A stretch of DNA of 64,000 nucleotides from a bacterium (GTDB taxonomy: Bacteria; Patescibacteriota; Minisyncoccia; Phycocordibacterales; UBA1006), in the NCBI GenBank assembly GCA_037144045.1, contig JBAWXN010000003.1:7696-71695 (forward strand). Direction: 5' to 3'. This document shows, one piece after another, positions 1-7,159 of this stretch (positions are counted from its first letter, which is position 1; each line of letters opens with the position of its first letter). The translations under genes and the position numbers were made by a program. Below the pieces are notes generated by a model. The model saw only the letters and a program-made list of their open reading frames with translations. It had not been told where the DNA came from and did not search any database.

Positions 1-440
1 AAAAGGCAAAAGATTTAGGTGATTGTCTTATTGTAGGTGTCGATTCTGACGAATATACAAAAATTCGTAAAGGGGTACATCGCCCGATTGTTCCGCAAGA
101 CGAACGTATTGCAATGTTGCTCGCGTTGCGTGCCGTTGATTATGTAGTAATTCGCGAAGCTGCTGATGATAAGGATGATTTGGTTAAAATAATAAAACCA
201 GATGTGTTGGTAATTTCAAATACCACCAACGATTATCCTAACTTCGAAGCGACAATTCGCGAAAAACTAAGTCCTTATTGTGGTGACATTGCATGTTTTG
301 AGCCACAAGCAACAACATCAACAACGAATAGAATTCGTGAAATTGTTCAAGCGGGTAGTATTGACGCCTTTGTTGAGCTAGGGCAAGACCTTGGTGCAGT
401 ATTTAAAAAACATGGAATTCTTTTTAAAAGTGAAGCCTAA
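1..440 (+). CDS. cytidylyltransferase-like nucleotidyltransferase, 3' part (5' end lies outside window)
   Basis: Open frame from pos 3. Translation KAKDLGDCLIVGVDSDEYTKIRKGVHRPIVPQDERIAMLLALRAVDYVVI matches the conserved core of the cytidylyltransferase-like fold (HldE domain II / TagD-like). Stop TAA at 438-440 overlaps the next ATG (TAATG). Confidence 0.55.
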   Translation, partial: KAKDLGDCLIVGVDSDEYTKIRKGVHRPIVPQDERIAMLLALRAVDYVVIREAADDKDDLVKIIKPDVLVISNTTNDYPNFEATIREKLSPYCGDIACFEPQATTSTTNRIREIVQAGSIDAFVELGQDLGAVFKKHGILFKSEA

Positions 441-1321
441 TGAAGAAAGCGATTGTGATGTATGTTCCAGCCCTTCATCAAGGCTACATTGATTTTTTAA
501 AGAATAATACCCTACCGGGGGATTATGTTTTTCTACTCCACGGTAAACAACTTGCGCAAAGCGTTCCAGAACTAGAGCATTTTAATCGTGATCTGCGCGC
601 TATTACACCACTGGTGATGCATTCACTCCTTGAAGAGCTTTTTCAAAGCTATGATGTCTTTGGTAATCAAGCTGGAAACAGGGTAGTGAAAATAGTAAGT
701 AGTTTAGACCAATTAGAACCATTGGTGTCGTGTGAAGCGATTACTATGCCACGTGAAGACGCTTCATTATTAATCCTTGAGAAGCTACCTCAGTTAAAAA
801 GTGTAACCACATTAGTTGATGTAAGTTTAAGATGGGACAAAAGCAAGTCGCTCCTTCATCAAGACCCAGGCGTACATTCAGTGTTAAGTAGTACGATCGA
901 CAATAGTGTTATTGAAGCACTTAGCAAAGAAATGGATAAGTCGGTTGATTGGTGGAGGCGAGTTGCGTGTGTTGTTTTCAAGGGAAAGGAAGTGGTCATG
1001 GGAGCCTACAATAGTCATCTGCCCAGTAATGACGCACTGAATATTTTTGGTGATCCACGCTTTAATTTCTCACCCGGAGAACATGTTGAATGTTGTACTG
1101 CGATTCACGCTGAAGCAGCACTCATAGCACATGCCGCACGCGCTGGTGTTTCCATTAAAGGACTCAGTATGCTTGTTTCTGATTTTCCTTGTCCTACATG
1201 TGCAAAACTTATTGCGCATACAGGAATTAAAGAACTTTATTTTATGAAAGGGTATTCTCAAGTAGCCGGTAAAGAAGTTTTAGAAGCAGCAGGTATTACC
1301 CTGCGACAAATTACATTTTAA
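440..1321 (+). CDS. two-domain protein with C-terminal CMP/dCMP deaminase zinc-binding domain
   Basis: 293 aa. C-terminal CTAIHAEAALIAHA ... DFPCPTCAKLI gives the HAE + PCxxC zinc-ligand motifs of the cytidine/dCMP deaminase fold. The N-terminal ~170 aa has no motif I recognise. Translationally coupled to the upstream gene. Confidence 0.6.
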   Translation: MKKAIVMYVPALHQGYIDFLKNNTLPGDYVFLLHGKQLAQSVPELEHFNRDLRAITPLVMHSLLEELFQSYDVFGNQAGNRVVKIVSSLDQLEPLVSCEAITMPREDASLLILEKLPQLKSVTTLVDVSLRWDKSKSLLHQDPGVHSVLSSTIDNSVIEALSKEMDKSVDWWRRVACVVFKGKEVVMGAYNSHLPSNDALNIFGDPRFNFSPGEHVECCTAIHAEAALIAHAARAGVSIKGLSMLVSDFPCPTCAKLIAHTGIKELYFMKGYSQVAGKEVLEAAGITLRQITF

Positions 1322-1330
1322 TAAAATAAT

Positions 1331-1356
1331 CCCCCGATCTAAGTCGGGGGTTTTTT
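1331..1356. terminator. bidirectional intrinsic terminator between convergent genes
   Basis: Perfect hairpin CCCCCGA-tcta-TCGGGGG flanked by an A-run upstream and TTTTTT downstream. Confidence 0.7.
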
Positions 1357-1359
1357 GTA

Positions 1360-2301
1360 TTAAATTGGAGTAGGAATTTTGAACCATGGATTTGCTACAT
1401 AGTCTTTCACAATAAAGTGTTCAGGTCTGAAAGCGAGTATGTCTTCAGTCGGAGCATCTTCAGTGAAGTGTATTTCAGGAAATACATGAGGAAATTCGGT
1501 ATCGGTATCGACAAGGCGTTGTGCATGTGTGAGCTGCATTTCATAAATATGTGCGTCTTCAATGTAGTACACTAGCTCATCAAAAATAATACCGGTTACC
1601 CGTTCAAACATGAGTCCCATACAAAAGTATTGAATCAGGTTGAATTGAAGTCCAACAGGTGAATCAGCAGAACGCTGATTATGGGTTAGTTTAAAAGTAT
1701 TATTTCCGGTGTTGATATGTACCTGAATCCAACCATGACATGGGGCAACAACTACGGCACGTGGATTTTCTGGGTCACCAGAAGCAGTATAGTAGGGAAT
1801 CCACGGTACCGCCTTTATGGTCCGCAATATCGGTCGTTCCTTCATAAGGCGCACCATATTGAGAATTTGGTGAAAGGTGCCACCGTCAGGTTTAGGGAAT
1901 GCGGCCCATGCCGGTCCATAGGATCCTGGTCCTAAATCACCTGCCGGTAATCCGAATACGCTACATTTTTCCTCGGTTACCCATTTCTCCCAAAAACTTT
2001 TTGGGCAACCATATTGTTCTAGTTGTTCAAGGGTACGCGCTCCGTTCATAAATGCGATATTCTCTCCGATAGCGCCTTTGATAAGATTGTACTTTTCAAG
2101 GTCGCGTGCAGCTATTGCAGGTAATCCGTTGCTTCGTTTAAAGCGCATAGGGTATCCAATAAGTCGTTTAGATGGATCCCCATGAATGGGGGTGTGGTCT
2201 TCTCCAGAAGATAGAATATTTTGAATAAGGTTTCTGTACTGAGTATCAACAGTACGCTGTTCTTTTGGTAGATAACCAAAGTTTTTTGCAGTGCTCGTCA
2301 T
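1360..2301 (-). CDS. thyA: thymidylate synthase (ThyA family, dUMP-dependent C5-methylase fold)
   Basis: 313 aa. Has the catalytic APCHGW (ThyA Cys-His), NQRSAD (E. coli YQRSCD) and PVGLQFNLIQYFCMG (E. coli LGLPFNIASYALL, Asn retained so dUMP-type), plus WEKW...DLGPGSYG (E. coli WDEW...DLGPVYG). A dUMP hydroxymethylase cannot be excluded from sequence alone. Confidence 0.75.
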   Translation of the reverse strand: MTSTAKNFGYLPKEQRTVDTQYRNLIQNILSSGEDHTPIHGDPSKRLIGYPMRFKRSNGLPAIAARDLEKYNLIKGAIGENIAFMNGARTLEQLEQYGCPKSFWEKWVTEEKCSVFGLPAGDLGPGSYGPAWAAFPKPDGGTFHQILNMVRLMKERPILRTIKAVPWIPYYTASGDPENPRAVVVAPCHGWIQVHINTGNNTFKLTHNQRSADSPVGLQFNLIQYFCMGLMFERVTGIIFDELVYYIEDAHIYEMQLTHAQRLVDTDTEFPHVFPEIHFTEDAPTEDILAFRPEHFIVKDYVANPWFKIPTPI

Positions 2302-2303
2302 GA

Positions 2304-2768
2304 TTACTTGTTTAACCGGTTTTTAAATTGCCCCACATAGAATTCTAAGGTGGTGCTTTTTTGTGGTGAGAGAATATGTCCATGAAGTCTTGTGCATGTA
2401 GTTCCAGAAATTTTTGGATTTCCGAAGCGCATACAGAAGGCGCCGCCTTTTATGGCGTGTGTTTTAATAGTCCATGACTGTGCTTCGAAAAGAGCAGTAA
2501 CTTCTTTGTTGTTCATTTGAGTAATTGTCTTTATAGGACGTTTACAAATGACAACAAAGTGGTCTTTACTATTAACGAGGGGCCAAAGGTTTTTAATAAC
2601 ATACCATTCATTATTTTCATAAATAATCTTGTTATAAACCCCTTTGCCATCATGAATCTTTACAATATTTTCCGGGCTAAATGGGTCTTCACCCCGATCA
2701 AGGAAATCCTTAATAATATTTTGCTGGTCTTTGTTGCGTGCATTGTCTGGTGTTGTAGTTTTTTTCAC
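2304..2768 (-). CDS. HIT-like superfamily protein (degenerate histidine motif)
   Basis: 154 aa. NEWYVIKNLWPLVNSKDHFVVICKRP ... TRLHGHIL resembles HIT/GalT-like nucleotide hydrolase/transferase cores, but only two His are in the triad position. Only 3 nt upstream of thyA, so likely co-transcribed. Confidence 0.35.
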   Translation of the reverse strand: MKKTTTPDNARNKDQQNIIKDFLDRGEDPFSPENIVKIHDGKGVYNKIIYENNEWYVIKNLWPLVNSKDHFVVICKRPIKTITQMNNKEVTALFEAQSWTIKTHAIKGGAFCMRFGNPKISGTTCTRLHGHILSPQKSTTLEFYVGQFKNRLNK

Positions 2769-2874
2769 GGTATGAAATTTAAAATGAGTAATGTATTTGT
2801 TGGCACTGTAACGTTTATTTTGTTATTTGTCAACAAACGCTTTATTTATCATATTTTTATGCTAATGTAGACCT

Positions 2875-4551
2875 ATGTCTATTACTCAAACCCTTAATCA
2901 GGCAATAACTATTGCGCTTGCAAACCTTGGAATTTCAGGGGTTGTTTTTACGTTAGAACACCCAACTGAATTGATACATGGGGACTTTGCGTGTAACGCA
3001 GCACTGGTTGCCGCGAAACAAGTAGGTAAAAATCCGCGCACGTTGGCCGATGATATTAAAATTGAACTAGAAAAACTTGAAATTCCTGAAATTGATTCGG
3101 TGGTAATTGCAGGTCCAGGATTTATTAATATCACCTTATCCAAAAAATTTTTCGTTAATTTGAATCACCAGATTGGTGAAACAGGGAATACTTTTGGTAA
3201 AACAACTATTCATGCTGGTAAAAAAGTACTTGTAGAACATTCGTCACCAAATCTTTTTAAACCGTTTCATATTGGACACATGATGAACAATGCGATTGGG
3301 GAATCGTTGGTGCGATTGATGCAATTTTCAGGAGCTGAAGTTGCAACGATGTCATTTCCGTCAGATATTTCACTGGGTGTAGCGAAAGCAATTTTTATCT
3401 TCCTTGAGAAAAAACCAGAAATTACAATCGAGTCTCTAGGTGATGCATATGTAGAGGGAACTAAAAGATATGAAGAGGATGAATCAGTTCATGCTCGTGT
3501 AAAAGAAATCGCAGATAATTTATACGGTAATGTAGATTCACCAGAATTAAGTGTATTCACTACATGCAAACACTTCAATATTAACTACTTTGAAAGTATT
3601 GTAGGAAAGCTTGGTTCACATTTTGATTCTTATATTTACGAAAGTGAAGCGGGGATAGTAGGTAAAGATCTTATTCTAAAAAACACTCCAGGTATTTTCA
3701 CCGAAAGTCAGGGTGCGATTGTGTATATTCCCGATGAATCTAAAAAAGGGCTCAATACCGCGGTGTTTATTAACAGTCAGGGAAATCCAACGTACGAAGC
3801 AAAAGATATTGGACTCCTTGATTTGAAGTTCGAACGAGTACACCCCGACTTGTCGTTATTTGTAACGGACCATGAACAAATTCCACACTTTAAAATCGTG
3901 TTGGATGCCGCAGAAAAAATTAATAAAAACTGGGTAGACAAATCAGTGCACGTACCCCATGGGCGTATGACGTTTAAAGGACAGAAAATGTCATCACGAT
4001 TAGGTGGAGTACCACTTGCCGTTGAAATGATTGAAGATGTGGCAATAGAAGCGAAGGCTCGCGCAAAAGATCCAGAACAGGTTAAACTTGCAGAATCAAT
4101 TGCGATTGCAGCAATCAAATTTGCAATTTTGCGTGCCAAGCCAGGACAGAATATTAATTTTGATCCGGAAACGTCGCTTTCATTTGAAGGTGATTCAGGG
4201 CCTTATTTGCAATATACGCATGCACGTATTTCAAGTGTTATTGAAAAAGCAGGTGAACAACAACTGATGCCTCAGTATTCAGAAGGCGAATCAATAGTAG
4301 ATGTTGAACGCATGGTTGCACAGTTTGAAACCGTGGTCGCTAACGCTATTAGTGAATACGCTCCACAATACGTCGTTACTTACTTACTGGAACTCGCTCG
4401 ATCGTTTAATTCGTTTTATGCAAGCAATAAAATTATTGATAGTGAACACGTAGAGCAATCACAGCATCGCCTTGCGATTGCGCAGAATGTGCAACAAGTA
4501 ATTAAGAATGGGTTACACCTCCTTGCTATTACGGCTCCGAATCGTATGTAA
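2875..4551 (+). CDS. argS: arginyl-tRNA synthetase
   Basis: 558 aa. Class I HIGH motif (PFHIGHMMN) and C-terminal MSSRLGG (KMSKS-like). Overall ArgRS architecture including the DALR anticodon-binding C-terminal region. Extended -10 TGCTAATGT lies 7 nt upstream of the ATG. Confidence 0.9.
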   Translation: MSITQTLNQAITIALANLGISGVVFTLEHPTELIHGDFACNAALVAAKQVGKNPRTLADDIKIELEKLEIPEIDSVVIAGPGFINITLSKKFFVNLNHQIGETGNTFGKTTIHAGKKVLVEHSSPNLFKPFHIGHMMNNAIGESLVRLMQFSGAEVATMSFPSDISLGVAKAIFIFLEKKPEITIESLGDAYVEGTKRYEEDESVHARVKEIADNLYGNVDSPELSVFTTCKHFNINYFESIVGKLGSHFDSYIYESEAGIVGKDLILKNTPGIFTESQGAIVYIPDESKKGLNTAVFINSQGNPTYEAKDIGLLDLKFERVHPDLSLFVTDHEQIPHFKIVLDAAEKINKNWVDKSVHVPHGRMTFKGQKMSSRLGGVPLAVEMIEDVAIEAKARAKDPEQVKLAESIAIAAIKFAILRAKPGQNINFDPETSLSFEGDSGPYLQYTHARISSVIEKAGEQQLMPQYSEGESIVDVERMVAQFETVVANAISEYAPQYVVTYLLELARSFNSFYASNKIIDSEHVEQSQHRLAIAQNVQQVIKNGLHLLAITAPNRM

Positions 4552-4552
4552 T

Positions 4553-4582
4553 TAAAAAAAATCCCCAAAAGGATTTTTTTTA
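4553..4582. terminator. bidirectional intrinsic terminator
   Basis: AAAAAAAATCC-ccaaaa-GGATTTTTTTT: hairpin with A-run and T-run on either side. Confidence 0.6.
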
Positions 4583-4822
4583 ATGAAAGACTTTAAAATA
4601 AACGAGCGCCGTGATAATTCCCCAAACAAGATAAAATACCATGTTATGCCAGAGGTGTCGCTTAAATGCGCTACCAATAACGAGTGCTACTGCACCAGAG
4701 AGGTTAAGGATGTAAAACATGCTTCCCTGAAAAGGGATGACGTGGAACATGATGAGTCCATACGATCCGAGGATTGCAATGGTCCCATACCATTCTATGA
4801 AATTTCCGAGTACTTCTAACAT
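4580..4822 (-). CDS. small hydrophobic membrane protein (hypothetical)
   Basis: 80-aa ORF with two predicted TM helices. The overlapping + strand ORF (4583-4819) is highly charged and is judged the less likely reading. Confidence 0.3.
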   Translation of the reverse strand: MLEVLGNFIEWYGTIAILGSYGLIMFHVIPFQGSMFYILNLSGAVALVIGSAFKRHLWHNMVFYLVWGIITALVYFKVFH

Positions 4823-4886
4823 ATAAAGCTATTATACCGGACCGTAGATGATACGCAAGGAATGGTAACTATGATACGATAGAATC

Positions 4887-5939
4887 ATGAGAATGAATTT
4901 TGAAAAGAATCTCAAAGGGTATGGTGAACACATTACTAAAGCCCATAAAGACCTTTCGTCAGAAGGCCGTACTCTTGCTGAACAAGAAAAAACAAAGCTC
5001 GTTGAACAAGCTGCCCAGACATCATTTACCGACATCGATGCTGAACTTGAAATCTATAAAATTCAAAAACAAAAGCAAGAACGCCTCAACAAGTTTAAAA
5101 AATTCCTTGAAAAGACACGTGGTGATAATGGTTCGTTTGTGCGACCTGAGGTCAAGAAGGGGGTGCCGGTGGTTTCAAAAACTGAACAAGGATATTACGT
5201 GGTTATGCCCGATGGGAAAAAATCATCAATAACATTAGGTGACATGATGACGGATCATGAGTGGGATGTGGAATATGCATTTGATCCATCGGTAGATGTT
5301 CATACTATTCGTGGGTATTACCTGGAACAATTGAAAAGTGATTTACGAGAAAAACTCGATCAGCAAATTATTACGTCAGAAACCCATTTTACGCGCGGTG
5401 ATTCATTCAAGCAAAATGCCTATAAAGAAATTGGAAAAAGAATGGAACAGGGTAGTGAGCAGCAAGGAGTTATTGCAGAAAAAATGGTAAAGAATTTCTT
5501 GAAAAAACTCACTATTGATTTCGGAACGGATTTTGAAATTGTTGAAGCGAACGCGTTCCAAGATGTAGAACAAAAGGTGGATTTTATTATTCACCGTAAA
5601 AGCCATGATCGTGCACGTGGGGCACAAGTAGTAGAGTCTGGTGAATTGGCGGACATTGGTATTCAATTTACGATTAATGATAGTAAGACTGATGTTAAAG
5701 AAAAACAAATTGAAAAATCAAAATCCCGAGCGAAAAATTTTCAGGATATTGTATTGGTAACATTGCCGGCGCATGATGCAAGTATGTTGTATAAAAAGTG
5801 GTCGCATCAGAAAACTCCTGGAGGTCCTGAGAAATTATGGGAATCATCTACGAAAGAAGCAATATTCCGAGGGGTGATGAACAAAGTACTGACTGCAGAG
5901 GAAATTGATTCGTTTTGTGAAAAACATTTTAGTAACTAA
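4887..5939 (+). CDS. hypothetical protein
   Basis: 350-aa ORF, Lys/Glu-rich. No recognisable motif. Confidence 0.5.
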   Translation: MRMNFEKNLKGYGEHITKAHKDLSSEGRTLAEQEKTKLVEQAAQTSFTDIDAELEIYKIQKQKQERLNKFKKFLEKTRGDNGSFVRPEVKKGVPVVSKTEQGYYVVMPDGKKSSITLGDMMTDHEWDVEYAFDPSVDVHTIRGYYLEQLKSDLREKLDQQIITSETHFTRGDSFKQNAYKEIGKRMEQGSEQQGVIAEKMVKNFLKKLTIDFGTDFEIVEANAFQDVEQKVDFIIHRKSHDRARGAQVVESGELADIGIQFTINDSKTDVKEKQIEKSKSRAKNFQDIVLVTLPAHDASMLYKKWSHQKTPGGPEKLWESSTKEAIFRGVMNKVLTAEEIDSFCEKHFSN

Positions 5940-6107
5940 ATAATATTATTTTATGGAAGGAATTGGAAAGAAAATAAAAAACGGATTGATGTATACTGCA
6001 TTTCTTGCGGGTATTGTCTTGGAAAAGAAGGTTTAGAAAACTTAAATAGTTCAACTAAACTTGATAGTAAGAAAAATCAGACTACGGTTAACGTACCAGT
6101 CAGGGAT

Positions 6108-6881
6108 GTGATCACCAATGATGTTGTAAGTAATGTGTCAGCAGAGTCGACAGAAAATGTGTATCTTTTTAAAGATGACGATGGGACACTTATTAATCCT
6201 AATAAGCAAACAAAATCAGAACCTGAAAAGCTCTGGTTGTTAAATTTTCTTAAATCAGAAACATATAAAAACAAAGCTCACGCAGAAGGATTAACGGATA
6301 AAGATATTCAAGAAAGAATTAAACGCCTAGAAAATACGCCTATTTTTAAAAAGAATGTAGAACATTTTGCAAGCGGGTCAGACGGATATACAACATTATC
6401 TGATTATAATGGTAAACCAATGCCTACTATCAGTATCGCTACAGCAAACCCTGAAAAAGTTCCTGCTACGATTATTCATGAAGGGGAACACGCGGCAACT
6501 CATGGAAATAGTAGATTAAGTAAACGTGCTAAGGCGTTATACGAGGAATCATTTAATAAAGATAATATATATTCGAATAATAAAAAATACGAATCCTACT
6601 TACGTGACTACACGGAGCGAGATGCACGGAAAAGAGAACTTGAGTTTGAAGCCGAAAAACTCGGAATTATAAAAGCTGGGCAAAAAATAACAGTAGATGA
6701 TTATCAAAAAATAATGAAGGCATATGAAGAGGGTAAGTTTGATTATGGTGCAAATCAATTTATTGAAACAACTAAACCGGAATATTTTATTAAAGTAATG
6801 AACGAAATTGCAGATAATCAAGAAATTCAGAATCATAACGACGCGCCGCCCTATAATTTACCGACAGAACAACAAGGATAA
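6108..6881 (+). CDS. hypothetical protein with HExxH (HEGEH) putative metallopeptidase motif
   Basis: 257 aa with GTG start. IIHEGEHAATHG contains HExxH. No signal peptide. Confidence 0.45.
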   Translation: MITNDVVSNVSAESTENVYLFKDDDGTLINPNKQTKSEPEKLWLLNFLKSETYKNKAHAEGLTDKDIQERIKRLENTPIFKKNVEHFASGSDGYTTLSDYNGKPMPTISIATANPEKVPATIIHEGEHAATHGNSRLSKRAKALYEESFNKDNIYSNNKKYESYLRDYTERDARKRELEFEAEKLGIIKAGQKITVDDYQKIMKAYEEGKFDYGANQFIETTKPEYFIKVMNEIADNQEIQNHNDAPPYNLPTEQQG

Positions 6882-6924
6882 GGCTCTTTACATGGAGGGC
6901 TTTTTTCGTTATAGTGATTTTGTG

Positions 6925-7140
6925 AGGCAATGATCCGACTAATCACCGGGGAGCACTTGAAAGAAATTCCTTTAAGGAAAAGTAGATTCAGGCGGGTAAG
7001 CCCGATATAGCGGTAATAAGGGCCGGCAAAAATGCGCAGCATTTTTGCCGGCCAAACCAAGGTGGTACCACGATTTCTAGATACCAAAAGAAACTCGTCC
7101 TTGAAGCATGACTTGTGTCGTGTTTCGCGGACGAGTTTTT
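6925..7140 (+). promoter_or_regulatory. T-box riboswitch leader (Ile-specific) with intrinsic terminator, upstream of ileS
   Basis: T-box sequence AACCAAGGUGGUACCACGA at 7054-7072 (consensus AAnnnGGGUGGnACCGCG). Antiterminator can form as A1 CAAGG/CCUUG, 7-nt bulge UGGUACC (UGGU pairs with tRNA ACCA, discriminator A as in tRNA-Ile), A2 ACGA/UCGU. The competing terminator is ACUCGUCC...GGACGAGU + UUUUU (7092-7140). A strong Stem III hairpin GGCCGGCAAAAAUGC-GCAGC-AUUUUUGCCGGCC lies immediately 5'. Candidate specifier AUC-A at 6942-6945. Confidence 0.65.
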
Positions 7141-7159
7141 ATTTACTTATTTATTTACT

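Noticed and set aside
1070-4139. Antisense/alternative-frame ORFs embedded in confident genes (e.g. 1070-1261 -, 1717-1935 +, 2517-2870 +, 2898-3143 -, 3777-4139 -, and similar ones throughout such as 7262-7465, 12331-12546, 24657-25195, 26180-26611, 31891-32193, 39446-39928)
   Set aside because: Each overlaps a longer ORF with clear protein-family motifs on the other strand or frame. Their compositions are typical of shadow ORFs.
4583-4819. + strand 78-aa ORF between argS and the next gene
   Set aside because: It fully overlaps a hydrophobic two-TM ORF on the - strand, which looks more protein-like. Neither is certain, and only the - strand ORF was kept, at low confidence.
6882-6912. Intrinsic terminator after the 6108-6881 gene
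   Set aside because: There is a T-run, but the stem (GCTCT/GGAGGGC) is short and imperfect. Too weak to call.
7115-7159. Longer ileS start at 7115 (MSCFADEFLF...)
   Set aside because: These codons lie inside the T-box terminator stem and U-tract. ATG 7160 (MNPNPNK) after the terminator is the credible start.
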